From Anolis carolinensis (lineage: Eukaryota), in NCBI RefSeq assembly GCF_035594765.1, contig NC_085843.1, forward strand, positions 234,151,971 through 234,215,970: a DNA stretch of 64,000 bases. Direction: 5' to 3'. Made by a program: the position numbers and the translations under genes. The notes under the pieces were generated by a model, which was not told the DNA's origin, did no database searches, and was given only the letters and a program-made list of their open reading frames with translations. This document shows positions 1 through 33,929 of the stretch, piece by piece (position 1 is the stretch's first letter; each line of letters starts with the position of its first letter).

Positions 1-391
1 AGGAGGGCCTTCTGATTCTTTATCAGACTTTTTGACCTCTGTTGCATGCTTATTTCTCATGAAAATGAGTGGGTTGGCTGGAGAAAACTCAGAAGTAAGA
101 CCTTGGAACTGTGTGTAGGGGACATAACACAATTCTGACTGTCTTTTTGTTCTGCAATGCTTTGGCTTCCAAGAAAGAAAAGAAAGTGCACTTTGGAGAA
201 TGCTTTAATGAGCTCTAAGATGCAAATGAGTTTCACTTGGCTTCAAGTACATAGCACATTTGGTGTGTTAAAGAGTCATGGTGTTCACTGATGTTTTTGT
301 TATGAGTTAACTCGCTTAGGATCTTCAGGGAGACGGTGTTGTTATTCAATAGAGACAATGCAGCAAAAAGCAGTGCAGACAGTTAGTTGTT

Positions 392-1505
392 TATTCATTC
401 AATTGCTTCCGATTCTATGTGACTTCATGGACCAGCCCACACCAGAACTCCCTGTCAGACGGTGGCCACCCCCAACTCCTTCAAGGTCAAGCCAGTCACT
501 TCAGGAATAACATCCATCCATCTTGCCTTTGGTCGGCCCCTCTTCCTTTTTCCTTCCATCTTACCCAGCGTCATTCTCTTCTCTAAGCTTTTCTGACTTC
601 TCATTATGTGGCCAAAGTACTTAATCTTTGATTCCAATATTCTTCTCTCCAGTGAGCAGTCGGACATTATTTCCTGGAGTATGGACTGGTTTGATCTTCT
701 TGCGATCCAAGGCACTCTCAGAATTTTCCTCCAACTCCACAGTTCAAAAGCATCTATCTTCTTTCACTCAGCCTTCCTTATGGTCCAGCTCTTGCATCCA
801 TAGGTCACTACGGGAAATACCATTGCTTTAACTATGTGGACCTTCGTTGCCAGTGTGAAGTCTCTACTGTTCACTATTTTATTGAGATTGGTCATGCTCT
901 CCTCTCAAGAAAGAAATGTCTTCTGATTTCCTGGCTGCAGCCTGCGTCTGCAGTAATCTTCGCACCTAAAAATACAAAAACTGTCACTGATTCCACGTTT
1001 TCTCCCTCTATTTGCCAGTTATCAATCAGCCTGGTAGCCATGATCATGGTTTGTTTTTATGTTTAACTGCAATCCAGCTTTGCTCTCTCTTCTTCCTCCT
1101 TGGTTAGAAAGCTCCACAGCTCCTCTTCGCTTTCAGGTATCAAACTGGTATCATCTGCATATCTAAGGTTGTTAATGTTTCTTTCAGAAATGTTAACTCC
1201 AGCCTTGTATTTGTTAAGCCCCGCACGTCGCATGATGTGTTCTGCATACAAGATAGGGTGAGAGTATGCAGCCCTGCCGTACTCCTTTCCCAATCTTGAA
1301 CCAGTCTGTTCTTACTGTTGCTACTTGGTCTTTATACACATTTCTCATGAGAAAGATAGGTGACTTGGTATCCCCATACCAACAAGAACTTGCCACAATT
1401 TATTATGATCTGCACAATCAAAGGCTTAAGAATATGCAATGAAACAGAAATAGATGTTTTTCTAAAACTCCCTACCTTCCTCCATTATCCAGTGGATATT
1501 GGCTA
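392..1505 (-). mobile_element. RTE/Bov-B LINE, 3' fragment (degraded RT and C-terminus)
   Basis: Minus-strand ORF pieces GVRQGCILSP, NINNLRYADD and PWIARRSNQSILQEI...KYFGHIMR...LGKMEGKRKRGRP are typical of RTE/Bov-B; frameshifted. Confidence 0.85.
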
Positions 1506-1561
1506 TTGTGCAGACAGTAGAGTTGTAGAATGTTTTTCATTTTGGAGGAATGGGTTGCTTA

Positions 1562-1945
1562 TTTTTTATTTATTTATTGTGTCAGAAGCGGACTGAGGGT
1601 ACAATTGTAATGTATTTAAAAACACAGACACAGACAAAGGACATTATACTAAATGTCCTTTGACCAGTAGCTGGCCACTTGGAGTGCCTCTGGTGTTGCT
1701 ATAAGAAGGTCCTCCATTGTGCACGTGGCAGGGCTCAGACTGCGTTGTAATAAGTGGTCTGTTGTTTGCTCTTCTCCACACTCACATGTCATGGACTCCA
1801 CTTTGTGGCCCCATTTCTTAAGGTTGGCTCTGCATCTCGTGGTGCCAGAGCCCAGTCTGTTCAGCACCTTCCAAGTCGCCCAGTCTTCACTGCGCCCAGG
1901 AGGGAGTCTCTCATTCTGTATCAGCCATGGATTGAGGCAAAATGG
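1562..1945 (-). mobile_element. Vingi (Ingi-group) LINE 3' end
   Basis: ORF 1649-1867 LNRL.SG..RC.ANL.KWG...CECGEEQTTDHLLQ, and the 3' tail gcttctgacac+A-rich that is shared with the Vingi-tailed SINEs in this window. Confidence 0.7.
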
Positions 1946-2398
1946 AAGGGTCTAGAATAAAGGGGAAAGATAAACATAAGGAATTAAATAAGATTATCCT
2001 CATGATTGAACAACCAATATAAGTATAATAAGATTACTAAACTGTTCCCAGGGGGAAGAGGGAGGGAGGGAGAAAACGGGGAAACAATGTAAAACGGGAA
2101 ACAGAATGATGAAGAAAATAAAATGAGTATTTTGAGAACCTCAGACAGACGGCTATGTGTAAGATTAATACGTTTCTGAGTGATAATAAAATAGCCGGTG
2201 AAATCAAGGGAAATGATTACATGTTTGATCATACTGAGGTATAAATATTTAACAGTATTCCTGCACCTTCATATTACATAAAGAGAAGTCAAGGGTGGGG
2301 GTTTATGGGTGGGAATGGGGAGGTGGTGGGACTGACGAAAAATACTTGTATTTTGATTGTGGAATATCAAAGATTGCATGTTTCTTTGTGTGTGTATG

Positions 2399-2721
2399 TG
2401 GAGTCTCGGTTATCCAACTTTCGCTTATCCAATGTTCTGTATTATCCAATGCAGTCTGCCATTTAGTAGTCAGTGTTTTTGTAGTTAATGTTTTCAATAC
2501 TTTGTGATATTTTGGTGCTAAATTCGTAAATACAGTAATTACTCCATAACATTACCGCATACTGAACTGCTTTTTCTGTTGATTTGTTGTAAAACATGAC
2601 GTTTTGGTGCTTACTTTGTAAAATCATAACGTAATTTGACCTTTAATAGGCTTTTCCTTAATCCCTCCTTATTATCCGACGTTCTGCCGGCCGTTTATGT
2701 TGGATAAGTGAGACTCTGCTG
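2399..2721. mobile_element. Tc1/mariner (pogo/Tigger-like) MITE, degraded copy
   Basis: Same family as 13748-14069 (gagtctc..ttatcca / tggataagtgagactc ends). Confidence 0.7.
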
Positions 2722-3249
2722 TGTGTATCCAACAACAAAACCTCAACAACAAAAATGTTAAAATATTAAAAAGAGGTACCGGATTTTAGTCTGCCACTTT
2801 TGGACTCTCGCTTGCTAAGGTGTTCCTGTGAGTATTATTATAGATATTAGAAAGCTATTTCTTGATTTAAGGCGTTGGCGTGCTGTCTGGTATCTATGTC
2901 ACGGCCAAATGGATTGTAATATTTTCTCGTGGGTTGACCAGCTAACGTTACACACATGTGGCTTGGTACAGGTTGCAGCGGCTGTTAGGACTTGTGGGAG
3001 TTGAAGTCCAAAACCCATGGAGGGCCCACGTTTGCCCATGCATGGTCTACAGTATAGAATTGATGCAGTGTACACGTATATAGAGACGATGCAGCAACAA
3101 GCACTGCAGACAGTAGAGTTGTAGAATATTTCCCCTTTCTGGTGCTTCATCCCAAACTACAACTCCCAGGATTCCATAGCATGGAGCCCTGGCCCTTTAA
3201 AGTGGCGTCAAACGGCATTCCTTCTGCGCATCCTTCACTGGCTGAGGAT

Positions 3250-25168
<21,919 letters not shown>

Positions 25169-27355
25169 CAGTTTCTCTCTGCACTCATCGAGGAACCTGA
25201 GTGGGTGGGGAGTAGTGCTTGACTGCGGGTGACCAATCCTCCAGACTGAGCCAGCCTTGCTGGAGCCAGCAGGAGACATGAGCAGGCCTTCCAGTCAGCA
25301 TTGCTCTGCATATTCCCCACAGAAAGGGAGGGGCCTTCACTCAGACTGACTGCTACTCCTTTCTTGCTGTGGGCTGGTCTCCCCAGCCAGAGCATGGCAG
25401 CATCTTACAGCAGGTGCCTGCATGCTGCGCCCTTTTAGTTTCATGCCGTCCCTCTAATATCCATCTAGATGGAGTACATACAGGTCCTCTGCCCCAGAAG
25501 GCTGGTGACAAGGGGATGTCCCCAAGTGGGATGGGCTACTGCTCTGTGTGTGCAAATGCTGGGCTTGAAACAACTTTCTTCTTTTCTACACACCCTCTTG
25601 TCCATCCTGAGAAGACCCTGCTAGGTTTGCTCTGATGCCCTTGGTCCTACAGAGGTGTTCCTAGGCCTGTGTGTTTTGGGGACATCTGTAAGGAGCATAG
25701 TCATTACTGCCTGCTTTAGGAAGAATGAAGGTTGGCCTTAGAGGAGAACTTAAGGGTTGGGATAGAGCCTGTTGGTAATGGCTTCTGTCCATGGTGGTAG
25801 TAAGTAAATACCAGAAGGCAGATGGGTTCTGCAGACCATAGGATGGGAGGGTTAGACTGCTGTTTCTCTTCGTGCAGCAGGGAGTAAAGGTCTCAAACAG
25901 TAGATTTTAATTTGATTTTAAATTGTTCATCCCATGCGCATACACTCTACATGGCGAGAGTAAGACTATATATCCTAGTACTGTTACCTTGGGATAGTAT
26001 TTTACATTCACCTTCTGTGGTCCCTAGAGCTGATAATGTTCCTCTGCTCTAGAGATGTGGTGGAGCAGAATAGGGGTGAAGAGAAGCTTTTGCTATAGGC
26101 AATTCTGTCTCCTCCTATAGAGCTGGATGCCTTTCCTCAGCTGGGTTTGAGTACTGACAATCAGGAAGGGAAAGTCTCTGTGGGTGTTGGCTGCTGGCAG
26201 GGGAAGATGCCCTCACTGCATTCTCTGCCACCCTTTAATGGGCAATACTGATATAAGGATCAGACTGAGGCTATGCCTTGTGTACAGTGGAATGGTATGA
26301 TGAATGCTGCTTCCTTATAGACTGCCATGCTAAATCCCTGGCAACAAGAATTTCCCATCTGAATTGTCAATATAAAAAGTCCCCTGGTTTTTTTCTTGGG
26401 AGCTGCTAAGGTGGCTCCCCACCAAGCCTGCTAGGGAGAAGTCTTGTGCCAAGTTGAGTCCAGCTTCCTTCCTCTTCCACATAGGGAACTGGCACCTGGT
26501 AGGTGCGACCTGTCTTCTCTTGTCGTTCCTGGTGGTAGGGAGGATTATCTGCTGTATGCCTGTGTTGCCAGGTGGATACTTGGCACCGGGGAATACCTTT
26601 CCTTTTTGCCAGCCTAAACTGAAATGTATTGTTCTTATGCACTGTAGAAATGTATGTAATATATTTAAATCAATGCAAGTATCTTCATAACAGATCTGCA
26701 GTTGCAGAGCCAGTCTCTTGTGTTTTTATGCCTGCTGAAGTGAACAAGAGCTGAAGCCTCTCACCTCACTTCCCCTTGTGCTGCCAGTTACAATTGTGCC
26801 TTTATGTGCAACTGCCCTCTGCTTGCCATGTGCTTTGAATCTTCTCCCATAGCTTTCCCCAACATAGTGTCTTTCAGGTGTGTTAGGGAATTTCACTATG
26901 ATCGGCTAAACTGGGTGCTTATGGGAGTTACAGTACTATACATGTGAAAAGGCCTCAGGTTGTGGAAGATTGGTGTAGCTCAGGTTGAGAATGTGTGGCC
27001 TTCCAGATTTCATTGAACAGGATTACCATTAGTCCTAGCCAGCAAAAGAATGGTGTAGAATGATGAGAATTGTAGTCAAACAGTGAGTTATACCTTCCCT
27101 GCCTGTGACGTAACAATTCCAGTAAGCCTGTGATGCATAACCTTCTAGGAAGTCTCTTTTCCTCCTTGTTTTATTTGTATTGTAAGTGTAATCAGGGAAG
27201 CTGGCAGTGCCAGAGGATGGCTGCTGGTAGACAAACCACTTTCTTTTTTTGTTTTTATAGCTTTTAGGAGATCATATATTCTTAATCTATGAGAAGCAAT
27301 ATTTAACACAGTGTTTACAATTGTTTTGGCCTATTCACATTTCTGTTCTAGCAAC

Positions 27356-27361
27356 ATTAAA
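27356..27361 (+). terminator. Candidate PI4K2A polyadenylation signal (ATTAAA)
   Basis: ATTAAA about 2.2 kb after the stop codon, at the end of an AU-rich UTR-like stretch. Confidence 0.35.
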
Positions 27362-28310
27362 TATATACAATTAGTGAAAAGTTGCTGAAGTTTGACGCCA
27401 ATTATGTAGCTGGTTTCGTTAGATCGTACTGTTGTGAGTGGGAGCTACTGCAGCTAGGATGACTGTGTGGAGTTTTTTTCTCATACTCGTTTGAAAAGAC
27501 TGGTACAATTTGTTCTTTTTGCCTTTTCTCAGAAGCCTTTCAAATTTTCAGTCTTCAGAAATGTTGATGAAATTCTCTATGTAGAAGTGGATACTAGACT
27601 GATTTCTTGACAACCAAAAGCTGTTGTCTTTAGCAGTGCCTCGATCTATGACAGTAAGAAAACATCGCCTGCCAAATCAGTCAGATCTTGAAAGTGACAG
27701 AGCATCTATCTCACTTTCATCTTATTGCTGTCTTATTCACAGATAAGAATGACCCTGCAATGGTAGGGTGCAATTTGTGTCATTAGTGTAACAGAAGGTG
27801 AGTGCAACATGTGACTAAGCATTCCATCTCGTGCATTTTCTCTATATCTTGGGAGAAATGGACTTGCAACCTCAAATTGATATTTTCAGATTCAATTTGT
27901 TGTGTGCCTTCAAGTTCTTTTTTCACTTATAGTAACCCCGTCATGCTTTTTTTTTTGGCCTGATTTGTTCAGGGAATGAGGTGCTTTTGCCTTCCTCTGA
28001 GGCAGAGAGTGTGTGGCTTGCCCAAGGTTTACCCAGTGGGTTCCCATGGTTAAGTAAGGATTCAAACCCTGACCCTAAGAGTCATAAGTCCAACATTCAA
28101 ACCATTATACCATGCTGGCTTTTCAGATAGGGGTCTGCAATATGGAGTGCAGATGGCTGTAGCTCTGTTTAGATCTAGACTGTGTTAACAGACTTTGGTA
28201 GATATGGCCTTGGGTTACACAGATGTGCTGGAAAATATAGTTCTTATATTCATAAAAAATAGCTTCAGAAAAGTAATACATATACTATATATATATATAT
28301 ATATATAAGC

Positions 28311-28316
28311 TTTATT
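28311..28316 (-). terminator. Candidate AVPI1 polyadenylation signal (AATAAA)
   Basis: AATAAA on the minus strand about 290 nt after the AVPI1 stop. Confidence 0.55.
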
Positions 28317-28603
28317 ACACATGATTATTTGCAGTCAGTAGATGTAGTGTTTGTGCTTTAAGACAGCAAGCTGTGGTCAAGTCTGAATAACTAGAAGTGC
28401 TTGAGGCTGAGAGGGCTGAATTCAAGTTTCTCTGTTATGACAGTGAACCTGAAGCAGTAGAATTAATTTGTGCCAAAGATTCTCTTCCAGCTGGAGGTTA
28501 TTAAAGAAACTGAAGTGTGTCTGTTGTCAGGTCCCCTGTGATTTCAGGTTTCTCCTGCCCCATATACTGACAATCATATGCCTTAGTGTGAGGTCCACGT
28601 TGC

Positions 28604-28760
28604 TCACCGGTGGAGGTGGTGGAGGTAGTCTGCAGCTCCCATTCCCCTCTTCTTCCTGTGCTGGGATACAGTGGAATGATCAGTTTGATCAGTGTCCTCT
28701 ATCTCCTTACCATTACTGCTGTTCTCAATATCAGCACAAGATGGAGTATGGTCTTCGATC
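28604..28760 (-). CDS. AVPI1: AVPI1 last coding exon
   Basis: Acceptor ctttgctctcttgcag in phase with the upstream exon; (R)IEDHTPSC...RKKRGMGAADYLHHLHR*, resembling the AVPI1 YLHQIRH end. Not in the ORF track. Confidence 0.88.
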
Positions 28761-29066
28761 CTGCAAGAGAGCAAAGGCATCCAATTAAGAATACTGTTTT
28801 CTCCTCTGGAAAATCGGCTAAATAATACAAAGAATAAGTAGAAACCATTTTCTTAAACATCTAATTAGGGATGTAGGGGAAAAAGAGTTCACATTTGAAA
28901 TTGCTCTTACATTCAACATTGTCTTATAGTTCAGGAAGAAACACTGATAGTTTCCTGTCACACTAAGGGTGCATCTATACTGTAGAATCAATGCAGTTTT
29001 AACTGCTATGGCTCAATACTGTGGAATTGTGGGGGTTATAGTTTGGTGACGCACTAACACTCTGGT

Positions 29067-29398
29067 AGGTAAGGTAAAGGTTTTCCTCTGACATGAAGTC
29101 CAGTCGTGACCTACTCTGGGGGTTGGTGCTCATCTCCATTTCTAAGCCGAAGAGCCGGCATTGTCCATAGACACCTCCAAGGTCATGTGGCCAGCATGAC
29201 TGCATGGAGCGCCGTTACCTTCCTGCCGGAGCGGTATCTATTGATCTACTCACATTTGCATGTTTTCGAACTGCTAGGTTGGCAGGAGCTGGGGCTAACA
29301 GCGGGCACTTATTCCACTCCTGGGATTTGAACCTGGAACCTTTTGATCCGCAAGTTCAGCAGCTCAGCACTTTAATGCACTGTGCCACCAGGGGCCCC
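29067..29398 (-). mobile_element. Sauria SINE
   Basis: GGGGCCCCTGGTGGC head, GAAAACATGCAAATGTGAGTAGATCAATAG core and (ACCTTT)n tail; nested in a palindromic MITE. Confidence 0.9.
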
Positions 29399-29569
29399 AG
29401 CATGTAGAGGAAGCTAAAGATCTTGTAAAACTGTAACTTCCACAATTCCATAGTATTGTTATGTCAGCTAAAGTGGTGTCAGACTGCACTAACTCTATAA
29501 TATAGATGCACTCTGAATTTTAAGAAGTTACATTCTGCTGGCCTATATAAATTACGCAGATGAAGTCTA

Positions 29570-29891
29570 CAGTAGAGTCTCACTTATCCAACATAAACAG
29601 GCCAGCAGAACGTTCAATAAGCAAAAATGTTGGATAATAAGAAGGGCTTAAGGAAAAGCCTATTAAACGTCAAATTGCATTATGATTTTACAAATTAAGC
29701 ACCAAAACATCATGTTTTACAACAAGTCTGCCACTTATTTGGGAGTGTGACTGCACTTCTGTTGTTGTTGGGCATGTTGGCTCACTGTGCATTGCAGCCT
29801 AGAGAAGTCGCTGTGGATCTGGGTGGGAGGCAGACTGCATTGGATAACACAGAATGTTGGATAAGCGAATGTTGGATAAGTGAGACTACTG
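29570..29891. mobile_element. Tc1/mariner MITE (same TIR family)
   Basis: CAGTAGAGTCTCACTTATCCA left end after TA. Confidence 0.8.
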
Positions 29892-30001
29892 CATATACTT
29901 ATTCTTCATAAATATATTCTGCTCTGTTAATCATTAGATGAAACCTGCTGACATAGGGGTGGCTGACTTATGGACATCCAGATGTTGTTGGACTATAGCT
30001 T

Positions 30002-30420
30002 ATAATAATAATACTTTATTCTTGTATCCCGCCCCATCTCCCCGAGGGGACTTGGGACGGCTTGCATGGAGACTAGGCCCAGCAGTGTACAATAAAATAC
30101 AATGGTAAAAAACAATTCCAAACACAGCAATTAATACATCAAAGTATAACATACAGCATCAATAATCTAAAAACATACTCAATGACCAAGAGCAACATAG
30201 TTGGCACTTCAATCTTCAAACTAGAGGGCGAGGGATAAAGTTAACATAGTGCAATATATTAGCATTACTAATGGCATGGGACAGCGATAAAGTGCAGGAT
30301 GCTGGGATATAGATAACGGTAAGGGCTCACTCTAAATGATCTTAATCAAAGGTGGCTTGAAAAAACCAGGTTTTCACATCTTTCTTGAAGGAAGTCAGTG
30401 TAGACGCTAGTCTAATTTCC
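30002..30420 (-). mobile_element. L2-clade LINE 3' end
   Basis: ccgtcccaagtcccc...gagatggggcggg..aataaag+(TTA)n tail, like the copy at 22205-22288. Confidence 0.6.
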
Positions 30421-31226
30421 ATTATTCCTTACATTGCTGTATTAGTTGGAATTGATCCAGATGTTGCCTGAAGTTGTAGATTATATATAGGCATTATAGT
30501 TGAGATTGCTCCAAAATATAAGTTGATGAAAGAACCAGCACTTAAAATTTCAGAAATACAGCACACCTATGAAATGTGAACTGGAATAAAAACAGCATGG
30601 TCATTTGTGTTTCCTGAAGTCGAGAATTTCAAATGTATGGCATTGAAAATATCGTGCTGGTTTGGACAGGACTGTATGGGGGCACGCAGTCCTCCAGATA
30701 ATGTGGCCTTGTTGTTTATGGTTTTATAAAGGCTGGAAATACCACTGTGGATAGGGCTCGGAGGTTAAACAGGCAAGATATCTGGGGCAGTATCGTGGTT
30801 AAAGGTTTCCAATTTTCACAAGTGTTCTGTCTGCCACAAAATAGCATTTTCTGAATATTTTTAAGGGAGCTTTGGCAAATCTATCTGAGTATTCCTTGCT
30901 TAAGAAAACCCTACGAAATCCCTGCTGCCACCAAACATCAACAGATATAATGAAGGCCATACACACTCCCACCTAGAATGTATTCTGGTAGTTTATTATG
31001 GGATGTTAGGTGCAAAGTTAAAAGAATATGGCTCGGCAGGAGATGGATTAGTCTAAAACACATGCACGCTTTGAGTGCGTAAAAATATGTAAATATGTGC
31101 ATTTACACACAGACATGAGTGGTCCCTGGCCACATGGCAACACCAAAACACAGGCTTTAGGATGCAAAAGGAATCTGCAAATTTGTACTTTAAAAGCAGC
31201 ATGATATTATTGAAGCAGAAACATAC

Positions 31227-31549
31227 CTTAAGCGACTGAAATGCTGTAGTTCTAGGAGTCTGGTGGCGCTGCCCTTTTCTGAAGGAGGCCTGTGGTGGGA
31301 CTGCAGCCTCCGTTTCCTCTGCCTTCTGTGGAGTTGTTGCAAAGCCTGAGTAATGCACCGGTTCTCTGCACATTGCCAGATCAGCTGAGCTCGCTCTTCT
31401 GCTTTTGCATCCCCACTGCTGTGGAAGAGGCGGCGCAGCTGCCATAAATCCACCCCCTGAAAGATGTTGGCAGACGCTCTCTTGCGAGTACAAGATTTGG
31501 GGGTCGGATGCTGTGGCAAGTCACACACTATAGAGGCCGGCGTACCCAT
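31227..31549 (-). CDS. AVPI1: Arginine vasopressin-induced protein 1, first coding exon; join(31549-31227,28760-28604), 159 aa
   Basis: MGTPASIV...RKRASANIFQ...LFHSSGDAKAEERAQLIW...HFSRLR matches AVPI1; donor ag|gtatgt, upstream acceptor ttctcttccgcag (exon starts 31587); convergent with PI4K2A as in other vertebrates. Confidence 0.93.
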
Positions 31550-31707
31550 GGTGCGAGGTTCCCTCCACGCTGGGACTGGAGGTAGTTCTGCGGAAGAGAA
31601 GAAAAAAGGTCAAGTGAAGCAGTGAACGAGGAACCAATGTTGCAAATAGTTCCTCTGCCATTCCTTTGATCTTTCCACCTTCACCTCTAATTGCCCCACT
31701 GAAAGTG

Positions 31708-32300
31708 GAATCACAGAATCATAGACCACAAGGGCCATCTAGTCCAACCCCCGCCTTGCAGGAACACATAATCAAGGCACCCCCGACAGATGGCCATCCA
31801 GTCTTTGCTTAAAAACTTCCAGAGACTCCACCGCCACTGCCAAACAGCTCTTACCATTAGGAAGTTCTTCTTAATGCTTAGATGGAATCTTATCTCCTAA
31901 AACTTGATGCATTGTTCTGTGTTATTAATATTATTATTATTTATTCATTTCTATTCCACTTTTCTCCCGTGGGTGGGATTCAAAGCAGCATACAACATAT
32001 AAAATTCATGCAAATACATCCAACCACAATACATAATCAGTTAAAACATCATATCCCGATATAAAAACCCAATTAACATATCTAATAAAACAGTTTAATC
32101 TCCAGAGCAGCAGAAAACAAGCTTGCCCCCACTTCCATGTGACATCTTTCAAGTATTTAAACATAGCTATCATGTCCCTTCTTTTCTCCAAACTAAACAT
32201 ACCGAGCTTCCTACGCTGCTCCTTTTGGTTATTTTGGTTTTCCTCCTGACAAATTCTAGCTTGTCAATATTCTTGAATTTGACACAGTATTCCAGATGAT
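31708..32300 (-). mobile_element. Degraded CR1 3' fragment
   Basis: MFSLEKRR.DMIAMFKYLK and CR1 tail. Confidence 0.7.
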
Positions 32301-32395
32301 GGACACCACATTATAATTGCACAGCCTTACCCATTAAAAGAACCTGGTCAGACTGATAACATCATGAATTATATAATTCCTAATATCACGGGTGG

Positions 32396-32648
32396 CACCT
32401 GGTGGCGCAGTGGGTTAAACCCTTGCGCCGACAAGACTGCTGACCGAAAGGTCAGTGGTTCAAATATGGGGAGTGGGGTGAGCTCCCATCTGTCAGCTCC
32501 AGTTTCCCATGCGGGGACATAAGAGAAATCTCCCACAAGATAGTAAAACATCCGGGAGTACCCTGGGTAACATCCTTGCAGACAGCCAATTCTCTCACAG
32601 CAGAAGCGACTTGTCGTTTCTCAAGTTGCTCCTGACACGGAAAAAAAC
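32396..32648 (+). mobile_element. AnolisSINE2-like SINE
   Basis: A/B boxes, ctcctgacacg+A tail. Confidence 0.8.
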
Positions 32649-33639
32649 GCTTGTTTGTGAGACCAGGGATGGACAGCTGTGTCCATGCATGTCTTTGGGG
32701 TTATGGGAGGTCAGGTGACAGCTTCTGTCAAGCACAGCCAATTATAAGGAATTACTATATATACTCATGTATAAATTGATCCCATATAAATCAAGACCAG
32801 GTTTGGGGGCCAAAATTATGGATTATGCTACAACCCGTGGACAAGTTAAAGATAATTAATTCAGCAGAGAGAGGAAAGCACTAATGCAGACTCAGGGGTC
32901 ACCCACCTCTGGCCACTTCTCTGCCCAGAAGTGATACCACAATGGAGAGAGTAGAGGGGGATCAGTGCATCTTTTAGGTTCTCCTGGGATGGAATATGCT
33001 CTTGTCTTTTGCCACTCTATTCAGAGAATGAAATAGCTCATTCTTAAAAAAAAAGTGTTAATGTACAGTACAGTATTCACATTCACCCATGGATAAGTCA
33101 ACCCACATTTTAGGGTTCATCTTTTGGCAAAAAAATTCTAGACTAATACATGAATATATAGGGCACGTGAGTTTTAGTTCAAAAATATAGGAGAAACATT
33201 TGCTTGTAACTCCCAGCAGCCCTAGGTAGCTGATGTAAGGACGAGGAATCTTAGCTTGGGAGCACCAGTAGGGCCACAGATTGTGCACAACTGCTGTCAG
33301 TAATTAAATGTAGCACACCATGTGCTGAGCTCAGCTTGCTGCAACTGATGGCAGCGGTGGTGCAATGTGTTTGTAGGCACCAGGTTGTCAGGAAGTCAGG
33401 CCACTGCTTGCCAAGCGCAGATGTGTTTCATCCAATAGGAGGCAGGAGGTACCTGAAAACAGCTGCAGGCCATAAAGGAGACGGTTGGCCCTGCCCTGCA
33501 TGTATGTTCTACCCAAGTTTGGCAGAATGCCTAGGGTGGAGCAATAATGGGGCAACAACAGATCACAGACCTGCACTCAGAAACCTACCTGGGCTTAGGC
33601 TCCTTTTATCTCATTTTAGGCAAGTCTTTATGCTTAGCC

Positions 33640-33928
33640 AGGCAACACTGAGGATGGAACAAACTTGTTTTCTGCAGTACCAGAGATGAGGACATGGAAC
33701 AATGAGTTCAAATTGCAGGAAAAGAGATTCCACCTAAACATTGGGAAGAAATTTCATTCGGCAATGGAATATGCTGCCTGGAAGTGTGGTGGAGTCTCCT
33801 TCTCTGGAGATGTTTATACACAGACTGGATGGCCAACTCTCAGAAGTGCTTTGATTGTCAGTTCCTGCATGGTAAAAACGGGTTGGACTGGATGGCCTTG
33901 AGTCTCTTCCAACTCTATGATTCTATGA
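33640..33928 (+). mobile_element. CR1 3' fragment
   Basis: FKLQEKRFHLNI and ctatgattctatga tail. Confidence 0.75.
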
Positions 33929-33929
33929 A

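Noticed and set aside
1-390. Exon of an upstream neighbour such as MORN4 or HOGA1
   Set aside because: No recognisable peptide or supported splice pair.
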